Made by a program: the position numbers and the translations under genes | Origin: Synechococcus sp. A15-28 | GTDB taxonomy: Bacteria > Cyanobacteriota > Cyanobacteriia > PCC-6307 > Cyanobiaceae | Direction of reading: 5' to 3' | Assembly (NCBI RefSeq): GCF_014280175.1 | Contig: NZ_CP047931.1 | Coordinates: 1,170,001 to 1,202,000 of the forward strand | Length of the DNA stretch: 32,000 nt | The notes under the pieces: model-generated | Seen by the model: the letters and a program-made list of their open reading frames with translations, nothing else | The model's database searches: none | What the model was told of the DNA's origin: nothing | Part shown: piece after piece, positions 1-9,963 of the stretch | Layout of the letters: each line of letters begins with the position of its first letter | Position numbering within the stretch: the stretch's first letter is position 1

Positions 1-118
1 CACCGCTGGTGGACACCACCTGGAGGTGACGATCGCGTATCTGACGGGCGACATCCTCAAGCTCGGACAGCCTGAGGCCATGCAGCTCGTTCGGATGCGT
101 CAGATCTCCGAGATGCAT
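1..118 (-). CDS. dxs: 1-deoxy-D-xylulose-5-phosphate synthase, N-terminal fragment (runs off the left edge)
   Basis: The reverse complement of 1-118 reads [40 protein letters not shown], the typical DXS N-terminus. Confidence 0.88.
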   Translation of the reverse strand, partial: MHLGDLTHPNELHGLRLSELEDVARQIRDRHLQVVSTSG

Positions 119-198
119 GCACCATGCGCTCCAGTTCATGCAATCTACGGCGTCCGTTCCTTGGAGCCGTTAGCCCTGAACATGGGGAGAATGGAGGG

Positions 199-1728
199 AT
201 GACCGACTATCTCCAGCGGATCCTTCGGGCTCGCGTCTACGACGTCGCGCGGGAGACACCGCTTGACCCCGCCCCCAACCTCAGTCGCCGACTCGGCAAT
301 GAGGTGCTGCTGAAACGTGAGGACCTTCAACCGGTGTTCTCTTTCAAGCTGCGTGGTGCTTACAACCGCATGGCCCAGCTCACCAAGGAAGAGCTGAGCC
401 GCGGTGTGATCGCCTCGAGCGCCGGGAACCATGCCCAGGGGGTGGCTCTGAGTGCAGGGAAGCTCGGCTGCCGCGCCGTCATCGTGATGCCGGCCACCAC
501 TCCCGAAGTGAAGGTGCGCGCTGTCCGTGCCCTGGGGGGGGAGGTGGTGCTCCATGGGGAGACCTATGACGAATGCTCGGCAGAGGCACGAAAGCGTTGC
601 GCGGAGGAGGGTCTCACCTATATCCACCCATTCGATGACCCCGAAGTGATCGCGGGCCAGGGGACCATTGGCCTGGAGATCATGCGGCAGTGCCAGGAAC
701 CACCGGATGCCATCTACGTGGCTGTTGGCGGTGGCGGACTGATCGCCGGTATCGGCGCTTACGTCAAACAACTCTGGCCAAGCACCGAAATCATCGGAGT
801 GGAACCGCTGGATGCGGATGCCATGGCCCAATCCATCGAGAAGGGAGAACGGGTTGAGCTTGAACAGGTGGGACTGTTCGCCGATGGTGTTGCTGTGCGC
901 AAGGTGGGGGAGCACACCTTTGCCCTGGCGCAGCAGTTCGTGGACCGCATGGTTCGTGTCGATACGGACGCGATCTGTGCCGCCATCAAGGACGTCTTTG
1001 AAGACACCCGTTCCATCCTTGAACCGGCTGGTGCCCTGGCTGTCGCTGGGTTGAAGCAGGACGTGGCCGATCGCCGTTCCAGCAACCGTCGGCTTGTGGC
1101 CGTGGCCTGTGGGGCCAACATGAACTTTGATCGGCTGCGGTTCATCGCCGAACGTTCCGAGCTGGGGGAAAACCGCGAAGCCATGCTGGCGGTGGAAATC
1201 CCTGAGCATCCAGGAAGCCTCAGATCGCTCTGTGATCACCTGCGCCATCGCAGCCTCACTGAATTCAGCTACCGGATGAGTGAGGGCGCATCAGCCCACA
1301 TCTTCATCGGCGTGCAGGTGGACGGGGAGCAGGATCGCCACCAGCTCGTGAATGGCCTCGACCAGCAGGGATTCACGTGCCTCAATCTCAGCGACAACGA
1401 ACTCGCCAAGGTTCATCTGCGTCACATGGTGGGGGGCCGTCTACCCACCGCCTCCAGGACAAGTTGTGCCGGGGACTGCCTGGAACTTCTTTATCGCTTT
1501 GAATTTCCGGAGCGGCCGGGAGCGCTCATGCGTTTCGTCACTGCCCTCAACCCCGGCTGGAGCATCAGCATCTTCCACTACCGCAACCATGGAGCTGACG
1601 TGGGTCGGATCGTGGTGGGCGTGCTTATTCCGGTTGACGAACACTCCCAGTGGACAGCCTTTCTCGAGGAACTTGGCTACCCCCACTGGGACGAAACCGA
1701 CAATCCGGCCTACACCCTGTTCCTCTGA
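199..1728 (+). CDS. ilvA: Threonine ammonia-lyase, biosynthetic (C-terminal ACT-like domains)
   Basis: MTDYLQRILRARVYDVARETPL..., PLP site VFSFKLRGAYN, and GGGGLIAGIG. The in-frame ATG at 199 is a more likely start than 124. Confidence 0.95.
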   Translation: MTDYLQRILRARVYDVARETPLDPAPNLSRRLGNEVLLKREDLQPVFSFKLRGAYNRMAQLTKEELSRGVIASSAGNHAQGVALSAGKLGCRAVIVMPATTPEVKVRAVRALGGEVVLHGETYDECSAEARKRCAEEGLTYIHPFDDPEVIAGQGTIGLEIMRQCQEPPDAIYVAVGGGGLIAGIGAYVKQLWPSTEIIGVEPLDADAMAQSIEKGERVELEQVGLFADGVAVRKVGEHTFALAQQFVDRMVRVDTDAICAAIKDVFEDTRSILEPAGALAVAGLKQDVADRRSSNRRLVAVACGANMNFDRLRFIAERSELGENREAMLAVEIPEHPGSLRSLCDHLRHRSLTEFSYRMSEGASAHIFIGVQVDGEQDRHQLVNGLDQQGFTCLNLSDNELAKVHLRHMVGGRLPTASRTSCAGDCLELLYRFEFPERPGALMRFVTALNPGWSISIFHYRNHGADVGRIVVGVLIPVDEHSQWTAFLEELGYPHWDETDNPAYTLFL

Positions 1729-1767
1729 CGTTGACGGCGATACCTTGGGCCATTGCGGCGGTTCGCG

Positions 1768-2265
1768 ATGTCCACACCGTCTCTTGCGGCCCAGATCGAA
1801 GCCATCCTCTACCTGAAGGGTCGTCCCATCGGTCTCAATGAGCTGTCTGAGCTCGCCCGAGCCGAACCCCAGGCGGTGCAGCAGGCCCTGCTGGCCCTCT
1901 CAGCTGGCTACGCCCAGCGGGATACAGCGCTGGAGATCGTGGACCAGAACGGTCGTTTCGGTCTGCAGCTGCGTCCGGCCCTTGCGGACCTGGTTCAGAA
2001 CATGTTGCCGGTGAATCTCTCCACCGCCACGCTGCGGACCCTGGCAACGATTGCCCTGAAGAAGCGCATCCTTCAATCCGATCTTGTGGATCTGCGGGGC
2101 TCCGGTGCCTATGACCACATCAAGGAGCTGCTGGCCCAGGACTTCATCGAACGACGCCGTCAAAGCGAAGGTCGCTCGTACTGGATCACGCTCTCTGAAA
2201 AGTTCCATCGCACCTTTTCGGTGCTTCCGGACCTGGGGCAGGACCCACCGGCTCGGGCTGCATAG
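1768..2265 (+). CDS. scpB: Segregation and condensation protein B
   Basis: MSTPSLAAQIEAILYLKGRPIGLNELSELA...LRTLATIALKKRILQSDLVDLRGSGAYDHIKELLAQDFI. The winged-helix ScpB pattern is recognisable. Confidence 0.88.
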   Translation: MSTPSLAAQIEAILYLKGRPIGLNELSELARAEPQAVQQALLALSAGYAQRDTALEIVDQNGRFGLQLRPALADLVQNMLPVNLSTATLRTLATIALKKRILQSDLVDLRGSGAYDHIKELLAQDFIERRRQSEGRSYWITLSEKFHRTFSVLPDLGQDPPARAA

Positions 2266-2291
2266 ACTTTTCGAAGAATTCGAAACGAACC

Positions 2292-2603
2292 GTGGACACA
2301 ACCATGCTCACCAGCGGCATCGCCTATCTGCTGCTGGTGCTGTCCACCGCCGTGAACATCTACCTCTTCGTGCTGTTCGTGCGGGTGTTGCTCACCTGGT
2401 TTCCCAACATCGACTTCAGCAATCCAGTGCTGGGTGGCGTCGCATCCATCACCGACCCCTACCTCAACATGTTCCGTGGGGTGATCCCGCCGATCGGCGG
2501 GATCGACCTTTCAGCCATCCTGGCCTTCATCGCCCTGCGGGTGCTGCAGGGTCTGCTGATGGCATCCAGCGCGCAATTTCAATCGATGAGCCTGGGCTTC
2601 TGA
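2292..2603 (+). CDS. YggT family membrane protein
   Basis: YLFVLFVRVLLTWFPNIDFSNPVLGGVASITDPYLNMFRGVIPPIGGIDLSAILAFI is the YggT signature. GTG start. Confidence 0.88.
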   Translation: MDTTMLTSGIAYLLLVLSTAVNIYLFVLFVRVLLTWFPNIDFSNPVLGGVASITDPYLNMFRGVIPPIGGIDLSAILAFIALRVLQGLLMASSAQFQSMSLGF

Positions 2604-2644
2604 TTCACTGAATCGCCTGCTCCAGCGGCAGCAGGTCATCGTCA

Positions 2645-3067
2645 TCAACGCTGGTGAGATGCGCGGACGGGTGCCTTGACCCGGGCACGGGGATTGCGAA
2701 TCTCAAACGGGCCCGGTGTCCCTGCAGGGACGGAGAGCCTCAGGGCAAAGTTCTGCACACCGGGACCAACGTCTCCAATCGAACCGATCCGAGTTCGATT
2801 CGGAAGGATCGGTTCTCCACTGGCATCGAGGATCCGAGCAAACACATCGGTATCCACGACGGCTTTGCGGCCGGGATTCTCCACATCTCCGCTGAGCACG
2901 TAACACGTTGCTCCCGTGGGTCGGGAAAAGTCCGGTTGGTTGCCGGGATCCTCAACAGAGCAGGGCTCAAGGCTCAGATGACTGAGGTTCAGCTCGGCTG
3001 CATCAACGGGGTGCACCCCTATCAGCAAAATCAGCAGGGCGAGCAGGGGCAGCAGACGTTGGGACAT
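2645..3067 (-). CDS. Hypothetical secreted protein with signal peptide
   Basis: MSQRLLPLLALLILLIGVHPVDAAELN: a hydrophobic leader and AXA-like cleavage site followed by a soluble domain. Confidence 0.65.
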   Translation of the reverse strand: MSQRLLPLLALLILLIGVHPVDAAELNLSHLSLEPCSVEDPGNQPDFSRPTGATCYVLSGDVENPGRKAVVDTDVFARILDASGEPILPNRTRIGSIGDVGPGVQNFALRLSVPAGTPGPFEIRNPRARVKAPVRASHQR

Positions 3068-3073
3068 GAATTC

Positions 3074-3403
3074 CTAGCGATGGTCTCCACTGCCGGTGAT
3101 GCGACCACGGGCCGCACGGCTGGCCAGTTTGTCGAGATTGGCCGAGGCGACCTCTTCAAGGTCATAACCCAGCTCACGGGCCAACTGGGCGACATACCAG
3201 AGCACATCTCCCAGTTCGAGCTTGATCGCTTCCCTCGTCTCCGGATCGAACACCCCCTCACGATCACGCAACACCTTTTTGACCTTGTCCGCCACCTCGC
3301 CGGCTTCTCCCGTCAGACCCAGCGTCGGGTAGATGGGGTTCTGCCCCACCTGGGGGTAGGCGGCTGTACTCCGGGCCGCATCCTGATAGGCATTGAGCTC
3401 CAT
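3074..3403 (-). CDS. MazG-like nucleoside triphosphate pyrophosphohydrolase
   Basis: NPIYPTLGLTGEAGEVADKVKKVLRD...IKLELGDVLWYVAQLARELG. The EAGE and ELGD motifs are typical of MazG-like proteins. Start assigned at MELNAYQDAA. Confidence 0.85.
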   Translation of the reverse strand: MELNAYQDAARSTAAYPQVGQNPIYPTLGLTGEAGEVADKVKKVLRDREGVFDPETREAIKLELGDVLWYVAQLARELGYDLEEVASANLDKLASRAARGRITGSGDHR

Positions 3404-3459
3404 GGCCACGGTCTGACAACGCCTGGATGGTAGTTTCCGCAAGGTTTTTGAGCCTCGGT

Positions 3460-4914
3460 ATGGGCCAGTTCGATCAGAACCGTCGGACCAAGATCGTGGC
3501 CACCATCGGTCCAGCCACGGAAAGTTCCGAACGCATCAAGGAACTGGTTCAGGCTGGTGCCACCACCTTTCGGCTGAATTTTTCCCACGGCGATCACAGC
3601 GAGCATGCGGCTCGCATCGCGACCATTCGCCAGGTGTCCGAAGAGCTGGGCATCAACATCGGCATCCTTCAGGACCTGCAGGGCCCGAAAATCCGACTGG
3701 GTCGCTTCGCTGATGGTCCGATCACCCTCGCCAATGGAGACCGTTTCTCCCTGACCTCCAGGCCGGTGAGTTGCAACCAGACCATCGCCACGGTCACCTA
3801 CGACAAGCTGGCCGATGAGGTCACCGCCGGCAGCCGGATCCTGCTGGACGACGGCCGCGTGGAAATGAAGGTTGAGCAGGTTGATCAGGCGGAGCAGACC
3901 CTGCACTGCAGCGTCACCGTCGGTGGCGTGCTGTCCAATAACAAAGGAGTGAATTTCCCGGATGTGCAGCTGTCTGTCCGGGCGTTGACGGACAAGGACA
4001 AGGTGGATCTGGAATTCGGGCTCTCCCAGGGCGTGGACTGGGTCGCCCTGAGTTTCGTACGCAACCCCTCCGACATGGAGGAGATCCGCGGCCTGATCCG
4101 TGAGCAGGGCCACGAAACCCCCGTCGTCGCCAAGATCGAGAAGTTCGAGGCCATCGATCAGATCGACGCCATCCTTCCCCTCTGCGACGGCGTGATGGTG
4201 GCCCGGGGTGACCTCGGTGTGGAGATGCCGGCGGAGGAGGTTCCTCTGTTGCAGAAGGAACTGATCCAGAAGGCCAACTCCCTGGGAATCCCGATCATCA
4301 CAGCCACCCAGATGCTGGATTCGATGGCCTCCAGCCCCCGCCCCACCAGGGCCGAGGTCAGCGACGTGGCCAACGCCATTCTTGATGGCACCGATGCCGT
4401 GATGCTGTCGAACGAAACGGCCGTTGGCGATTTTCCGGTGGAGGCCGTTCAGACGATGGCCACCATCGCCTGCCGGATTGAAAAGGACTACCCGGAGCGT
4501 TCCGTCGACAGCCACTTGGCCAGCACGGTGCCGAATGCCCTCAGCGGTGCGGTGAGCACGATCGCCAGCCAACTCAATGCCTCGGCGATTCTTCCCCTCA
4601 CCAAGACTGGGGCCACGGCCAAGAACGTCAGTAAGTTCCGCCCTGCAGCAACGATTCTGGCCATCACACCGGATCCAACCGTGGCCTGCCGTCTGCAGCT
4701 GGTGTGGGGTGTGAAGCCGCTTGTGATTCCTCAGCATGAACGCACCACCCACACCTTCCTGGCGGCCATGACCAAGGCCAAGACCCTGGGATTGCTCAAG
4801 GAAGGCGATCTTGTGGTTCAGACCGCTGGCACCCATACGGGCGTTTCGGGATCCACCGATCTGGTCAAGGTGGGGATCGTCAGTTCCGAGGAATCACCCG
4901 TCAACATGATCTGA
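3460..4914 (+). CDS. pyk: Pyruvate kinase (short form)
   Basis: RRTKIVATIGPATESSERI, GVMVARGDLGVEMPAEEVP, ITATQMLDSM. Start approximate, from the ORF track. Confidence 0.95.
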   Translation: MGQFDQNRRTKIVATIGPATESSERIKELVQAGATTFRLNFSHGDHSEHAARIATIRQVSEELGINIGILQDLQGPKIRLGRFADGPITLANGDRFSLTSRPVSCNQTIATVTYDKLADEVTAGSRILLDDGRVEMKVEQVDQAEQTLHCSVTVGGVLSNNKGVNFPDVQLSVRALTDKDKVDLEFGLSQGVDWVALSFVRNPSDMEEIRGLIREQGHETPVVAKIEKFEAIDQIDAILPLCDGVMVARGDLGVEMPAEEVPLLQKELIQKANSLGIPIITATQMLDSMASSPRPTRAEVSDVANAILDGTDAVMLSNETAVGDFPVEAVQTMATIACRIEKDYPERSVDSHLASTVPNALSGAVSTIASQLNASAILPLTKTGATAKNVSKFRPAATILAITPDPTVACRLQLVWGVKPLVIPQHERTTHTFLAAMTKAKTLGLLKEGDLVVQTAGTHTGVSGSTDLVKVGIVSSEESPVNMI

Positions 4915-4937
4915 TGACATCTGCCCGCTGAGCTGAG

Positions 4938-6167
4938 ATGACCCGGCGGATGCCACCAACGGAAACCGTGAGGATGGCCCTAACCACCCTGCGCAGTAAC
5001 CGGCTGCGCAGCCTTTTGACAATGGTGGGCATCGTGATCGGCAACGCGTCTGTGATCACGCTGGTGGGAGTCGGACGCGGTGCCCAGGGTCTGGCGGAAG
5101 AGCAGCTCAGCAACCTCGGCGCCAACGTGCTGTTCGTGGTTCCTGGCAATAACGACACCCGCCGCCGCGGGGTGGCGTTCCCGAAGACCCTGGTTCTTCA
5201 GGACGCTGAAGCGATCGTTGAGCAGGTGCCCAGCGTCCGTCGTGTCGCTCCTCAGATCACCAGCAGTCAGGTCGTTCAGGCAGGAGCCAGAACAGCCACC
5301 AGTTCGATCTCCGGCATCACGGCTGATTTCCTACCGGTGCGCAGTTTTGAGATCTCCAGCGGCCGCTTCATCTCTCCGCAGGACAACCAGGCTGCCCGTG
5401 CTGTGACGGTGATTGGTCCCGACCTGCGCAGCAAACTCTTTCCCACCGGGGACCCGCTTGGACAGCAGATCCGCATTGGCAACCAGGCGTTTGAAGTGAT
5501 CGGAGTGATGGCCCCCAAGGGGGCGGTGTTCGGCAGCAACCAGGACGAGAACGCTTACATCCCCCTGAGCACGATGGTGACCCGGCTCACCGGTCGTGAT
5601 CCCACCTATGGCGTCAGCCTGAGTTTCATCAGCGTTGAGGCGAGGGATGAAGCCAGCACCAGCGCCGCCAAATTCCAGATCACGAACCTGCTGCGTCAGC
5701 GCCATCGGATCCTCCGGGACGACGACTTCGCGGTGCGCTCTCAGAAGGATGCCCTCACCATCGTCGGCACCATCACCGGTGGACTCACCCTGATGCTTGC
5801 CGCCATCGGTGGCATCTCTCTGCTGGTCGGAGGCATCGGGATCATGAACATCATGCTGGTCTCGGTGAGCGAACGAACCGAGGAGATCGGTCTGCGCAAA
5901 GCTCTCGGTGCGCGCAGCAGTGATGTTCTCCAGCAGTTCCTGGTGGAGTCTCTGGTGCTGGCCAGCCTCGGTGGCGCCATCGGCACGGCCACAGGACTTG
6001 GAACGGTGGCGCTCGTCGCAGCGGTGAGCCCCCTGCCAGCCAGCATCGGACTCACCACCGTTCTGGTGACCGTCGGCCTGTCCGGCTCCATCGGACTGTT
6101 CTTCGGCGTCGTCCCGGCCCGTCGGGCTGCGAAACTCGATCCGATCGTGGCGCTCAGAAGCCTCTGA
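4938..6167 (+). CDS. ABC transporter permease, MacB/FtsX family
   Basis: [23 protein letters not shown] at the N-terminus, a MacB-like periplasmic domain, and a C-terminal [28 protein letters not shown]. Confidence 0.9.
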   Translation: MTRRMPPTETVRMALTTLRSNRLRSLLTMVGIVIGNASVITLVGVGRGAQGLAEEQLSNLGANVLFVVPGNNDTRRRGVAFPKTLVLQDAEAIVEQVPSVRRVAPQITSSQVVQAGARTATSSISGITADFLPVRSFEISSGRFISPQDNQAARAVTVIGPDLRSKLFPTGDPLGQQIRIGNQAFEVIGVMAPKGAVFGSNQDENAYIPLSTMVTRLTGRDPTYGVSLSFISVEARDEASTSAAKFQITNLLRQRHRILRDDDFAVRSQKDALTIVGTITGGLTLMLAAIGGISLLVGGIGIMNIMLVSVSERTEEIGLRKALGARSSDVLQQFLVESLVLASLGGAIGTATGLGTVALVAAVSPLPASIGLTTVLVTVGLSGSIGLFFGVVPARRAAKLDPIVALRSL

Positions 6168-6223
6168 ACCCCGTCACGCCTGCCTTTTTCCTGCTTTACA
6201 GTCGCTCATCATTTCTCAGGATC

Positions 6224-8137
6224 ATGAATCAGCGTTGGCGCCTCGTCGCCCTCTGGCTTCTGCCCATCGGCGTCGTGCTCCTGATCGGTTGGCAGGTGAT
6301 CAGTAACGGTGGTCTGAACAACCAGAACGCCGGAGGCACCACGGTGGCTCCTCGCAATGCAGCTGTGGCACGCATGAGCTACGGCCGCTTCCTCGACTAC
6401 GTGGAAGCCGGTCGCGTCACCGCGGTCGACATCTACGACGGTGGCCGCAATGCCGTGATCGAAGCGGTGGATCCCGACCTGGACAACCGAGTTCAGCGTC
6501 TGCGGGTGGATCTTCCCGGTCTGGCACCCGAGCTGGTCAACACCCTGAAAGAGGAAGGCATCAGCTTCGACATTCATCCCCCACGCACGGCTCCACCTGC
6601 CCTTGGACTCCTTGGCAATCTGCTGTTCCCAGTTCTGCTGATCGGTTCGTTGATCTTCCTGGCGCGCCGCAACAGCGGCATGCCCGGTGGTCCCGGCCAG
6701 GCCATGCAGTTCGGCAAGAGCAAGGCCCGCTTCATGATGGAAGCGGAAACCGGCGTGATGTTCGATGACGTCGCCGGCGTCGCTGAGGCCAAGCAGGAAC
6801 TTCAGGAAGTGGTGACCTTCCTCAAGCAGCCCGAACGCTTCACGTCCGTTGGTGCTCAGATCCCCCGCGGATTGCTGCTGGTCGGCCCTCCGGGCACCGG
6901 CAAGACCCTGCTTGCCAAAGCCATTGCCGGAGAGGCTGGCGTTCCCTTCTTTTCCCTGTCTGGGTCTGAATTCGTTGAGATGTTTGTGGGTGTCGGTGCA
7001 AGCCGGGTCCGCGATCTATTCAAAAAAGCCAAGGAGAACAGTCCCTGCCTGATCTTCATTGACGAGATCGATGCTGTGGGTCGCCAACGTGGTGCCGGCA
7101 TCGGTGGCGGCAACGACGAACGGGAGCAGACCCTGAACCAGCTGCTCACCGAGATGGATGGTTTCGAAGGAAACAGCGGCATCATCATCATTGCCGCGAC
7201 CAACAGACCGGATGTCCTGGACTCCGCTCTGATGCGTCCGGGTCGCTTCGACCGCCAGGTCACCGTTGATGCGCCTGACATCAAAGGTCGCCTCTCCATT
7301 CTTGAAGTGCACTGCCGAAACAAGAAGCTTGAGGAGGAGCTCTCGCTCGAAAGCATTGCCCGCCGCACCCCAGGCTTCACCGGTGCAGACCTGGCCAACC
7401 TGATGAATGAGGCCGCCATCCTCACCGCCCGTCGCCGCAAGGAGTCCATTGGTCTCAGCGAAATCGATGATGCCGTTGATCGCATCATTGCCGGCATGGA
7501 GGGTCGCCCCTTGACCGACGGCCGCAGCAAGCGTCTGATCGCTTATCACGAAGTCGGTCATGCCCTGATCGGCACGTTGGTCAAGGACCACGATCCGGTC
7601 CAGAAAGTCACCCTGATTCCTCGCGGACAGGCACAGGGTCTGACCTGGTTCTCACCCGATGAGGAACAGACCCTGGTCACGAGAGCTCAGCTCAAGGCGA
7701 GAATCATGGGAGCCCTGGGCGGCCGCGCTGCTGAGGCCGTGGTCTTCGGACATCAGGAAGTGACCACCGGTGCTGGCGGCGACATTCAGCAGGTGGCCTC
7801 CATGGCCCGTCAGATGGTGACGCGCCTGGGTATGAGTGATCTCGGCCCTGTGGCACTCGAGGGTGGTGGTCAGGAAGTCTTCCTCGGTCGGGATCTGATG
7901 TCCCGCAATGACATCTCGGAATCAATCTCCCAGCAGATTGATGAACAGGTGCGTCAGATGGTCAAGCGTTGCTACGAGGAAACCGTTTCTCTGGTGGCGG
8001 CCAATCGTGAAGCCATGGACCGTCTGGTGGAACTGCTGATTGAGAAAGAAACCATGGATGGCGGCGAATTTGCAGCAGTGGTTGCTGAGTTCACGCAGGT
8101 TCCAGACAAGGAACGGTCTGTCGTAACGCTCGATTGA
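6224..8137 (+). CDS. ftsH: ATP-dependent zinc metalloprotease FtsH
   Basis: [23 protein letters not shown], the [13 protein letters not shown] region, and zinc motif HEVGH. Confidence 0.97.
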   Translation: MNQRWRLVALWLLPIGVVLLIGWQVISNGGLNNQNAGGTTVAPRNAAVARMSYGRFLDYVEAGRVTAVDIYDGGRNAVIEAVDPDLDNRVQRLRVDLPGLAPELVNTLKEEGISFDIHPPRTAPPALGLLGNLLFPVLLIGSLIFLARRNSGMPGGPGQAMQFGKSKARFMMEAETGVMFDDVAGVAEAKQELQEVVTFLKQPERFTSVGAQIPRGLLLVGPPGTGKTLLAKAIAGEAGVPFFSLSGSEFVEMFVGVGASRVRDLFKKAKENSPCLIFIDEIDAVGRQRGAGIGGGNDEREQTLNQLLTEMDGFEGNSGIIIIAATNRPDVLDSALMRPGRFDRQVTVDAPDIKGRLSILEVHCRNKKLEEELSLESIARRTPGFTGADLANLMNEAAILTARRRKESIGLSEIDDAVDRIIAGMEGRPLTDGRSKRLIAYHEVGHALIGTLVKDHDPVQKVTLIPRGQAQGLTWFSPDEEQTLVTRAQLKARIMGALGGRAAEAVVFGHQEVTTGAGGDIQQVASMARQMVTRLGMSDLGPVALEGGGQEVFLGRDLMSRNDISESISQQIDEQVRQMVKRCYEETVSLVAANREAMDRLVELLIEKETMDGGEFAAVVAEFTQVPDKERSVVTLD

Positions 8138-8153
8138 CGTGACGCTCAACTGA

Positions 8154-8206
8154 CAAACCATATGCAACCTGGTTTGCTCTTCTTAGGATTGAGCAGACCA
8201 TTTTTT
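8154..8206 (+). terminator. Possible ftsH downstream terminator or attenuating hairpins
   Basis: Stem CAAACCA(8154-8160)/TGGTTTG(8170-8176). A second short stem TGCTC(8175-8179)/GAGCA(8191-8195) precedes a T6 run (8201-8206). Confidence 0.4.
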
Positions 8207-8217
8207 ATATCGTTTCA

Positions 8218-8469
8218 GTGGCTGAACAGGATGGGATTCGAAATCCGATGGAGATGTTCAGCAGTTTTCACGGAAAAGACTGGACCCCTCAGAGAGCCGC
8301 CTTTCATCAGAACCTTGAACAATTTGCTGATCGAATCGGATTGATCGTGGGGCTTCAAGCCAACGGAAAAATCAGTCAGGAAGAAGCCTATGAGCAGATC
8401 AAGAGTCTCTGGAAAACATTGAAAAATAGTAAAAACGATTTGCTCTCAGAACAAAATTCCGACGCTTGA
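8218..8469 (+). CDS. Small conserved cyanobacterial hypothetical protein (about 83 aa)
   Basis: GTG-start ORF MAEQDGIRNPMEMFSSFHGKDWTPQRAAFHQNLEQFADRIGLIVGLQANGKISQEEAYEQIKSLWKTLK. It fills the ftsH-clpP gap and has a coherent helical pattern. Confidence 0.7.
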   Translation: MAEQDGIRNPMEMFSSFHGKDWTPQRAAFHQNLEQFADRIGLIVGLQANGKISQEEAYEQIKSLWKTLKNSKNDLLSEQNSDA

Positions 8470-8495
8470 AATATCTAGAGTCTATTTCGTATGTT

Positions 8496-8648
8496 TTATC
8501 GATTTTCCGATTGATCGTTATTCCCTTTCCTTCTACGGCATCGTTCTGAGCAGTAGATCACTGAATCCCAGTTGTTGCGCCAGGCCTTTCTCCACTGAAA
8601 GGGGCGGTTACAGACAGGGCAGATTTTGCTGGGCAAGCCCGATTTCAC
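8496..8648 (-). CDS. DUF2256-like small Cys-rich (zinc-binding) protein, 50 aa, missed by ORF track
   Basis: Hand translation of the minus strand gives (GTG)[49 protein letters not shown]. The CPVC...YCSERC pattern is typical of DUF2256. The GTG overlaps the clpP stop as GTGA. Confidence 0.85.
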   Translation of the reverse strand: MKSGLPSKICPVCNRPFQWRKAWRNNWDSVIYCSERCRRRKGNNDQSENR

Positions 8649-9238
8649 TCGACAGCCTGAACAGGGCGTTTGTCGATCACCGAATCAATCAGACCGTACT
8701 CAACAGCTTCTCCTGGGGCCATGAAGAAATCCCGATCGGTGTCCTGTTGAATTCGATCGAGCGGTTGCCCAGTGCGATCCGACAGCTCCTGGTTGAGCCG
8801 ATCCTTCAAATAAAGAATTTCGTCGGCCTGAATCCTGATATCACTGGCCTGGCCACGGGCACCACCCAAGGGTTGGTGAATCATGATCCGGGAATGCTGA
8901 AGGCTGCTGCGCTTCCCTTTGGTTCCAGCGGAGAGCAGAAACGCTCCCATGCTGGCGGCCAGACCAACGCAAACGGTGTGCACATCGGGTTTGATGTGCT
9001 GCATCGTGTCAAAGATGCCGAGACCGTCGTAAACGGAACCGCCCGGTGAATTGATGTAGAGGTAAATGTCTTTCTCAGGATCTTCCGCTTCAAGGAAGAG
9101 CATCTGAGCCACGATCCGGTTGGCCGAGTCACTGGTAACGGCTTCACCTAGAAAAATGATGCGTTCGCGCAGCAAGCGCGAATAAATGTCAAAAGCCCTT
9201 TCACCACGGCCTGACTCCTCGATAACGATTGGAATCAT
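8645..9238 (-). CDS. clpP: ATP-dependent Clp protease proteolytic subunit
   Basis: [39 protein letters not shown], the [14 protein letters not shown] region with catalytic Ser, and [11 protein letters not shown]. Confidence 0.96.
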   Translation of the reverse strand: MIPIVIEESGRGERAFDIYSRLLRERIIFLGEAVTSDSANRIVAQMLFLEAEDPEKDIYLYINSPGGSVYDGLGIFDTMQHIKPDVHTVCVGLAASMGAFLLSAGTKGKRSSLQHSRIMIHQPLGGARGQASDIRIQADEILYLKDRLNQELSDRTGQPLDRIQQDTDRDFFMAPGEAVEYGLIDSVIDKRPVQAVE

Positions 9239-9318
9239 GGCGTCCCTGCGAGTCGGTTAATCCTAACGGCGATGTCTTCGGCGCTAGGGTCACTGCCATT
9301 CGATTGAGAGCACGCACG

Positions 9319-9963
9319 TTGGCTGAGCGTCACACCATTGCGGACAGCAAGCGCGCCTTTCATCAGGCCTTTCCCCACGTCATTGCACCGTTGTACCGCC
9401 GGGTTGCTGACGAACTCCTCGTGGAGCTGCATCTGCTCAGTCACCAGACTGGTTTTCAAGCCAACAACCTGTTCGCCGTCGGGCTCAACACCGTGTTTGA
9501 GCGCTTCACCCAGGGATACCGCCCCGCAGAGCACCCGGCAGCCTTGCTTTCGGCTCTTTGCAGCAGCAACGGATTCGATGCTGGACAGTTCAAAGAGAGC
9601 GCTCAGCAATCACTGAAAGAAGCCGAGGGGCATTCGGATGATTCCCTGCACACCTGGCTGAAGCAACAGTCCCTGTCCGATGGGGCTCACTATTCCAGGC
9701 TCATGGCCGTTGGACTGTTTGCACTGCTGGAAGCCTCCGCAGGCAACGCAGAGAAAGATGCTGAGGCCCTGCGGAAACAGGCGGTCGACCTGTCAGCGGA
9801 CCTCGGTTTACCGGCTGAGCGCGTTGAAAAGGACCTGACCGTGTTCTCCTCCAACAGCGAACGGATGGAACAGGCGGTGGAGCTGATGCAGGAAACCCTC
9901 GCCGCCGAGCGGCGCAAGAAGGAAAGACGGCTGGCGGAGGCTGCTCAGGGATCAGCCAGCTGA
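9319..9963 (+). CDS. thf1: Photosystem II biogenesis / thylakoid formation protein Thf1 (Psb29)
   Basis: AERHTIADSKRAFHQAFPHVIAPLYRRVADELLVELHLLSHQTGFQANNLFAVGLNTVFERFTQGY. There is no ATG near the homologous N-terminus. TTG at 9319 is a proposed start. Confidence 0.88.
   Translation: MAERHTIADSKRAFHQAFPHVIAPLYRRVADELLVELHLLSHQTGFQANNLFAVGLNTVFERFTQGYRPAEHPAALLSALCSSNGFDAGQFKESAQQSLKEAEGHSDDSLHTWLKQQSLSDGAHYSRLMAVGLFALLEASAGNAEKDAEALRKQAVDLSADLGLPAERVEKDLTVFSSNSERMEQAVELMQETLAAERRKKERRLAEAAQGSAS

Noticed and set aside
145-1248. 367-aa minus-strand ORF opposite ilvA
   Set aside because: Antisense to a clear threonine ammonia-lyase. The composition is typical of a shadow frame.
3313-4836. 507-aa open frame on the minus strand opposite pyk
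   Set aside because: It is a shadow ORF in high-GC codon-biased DNA. The sequence is His/Gly-rich with no recognisable domain and fully antisense to pyruvate kinase.
7016-7591. 191-aa and 224-aa minus-strand ORFs inside ftsH
   Set aside because: Shadow frames opposite the AAA core of FtsH.
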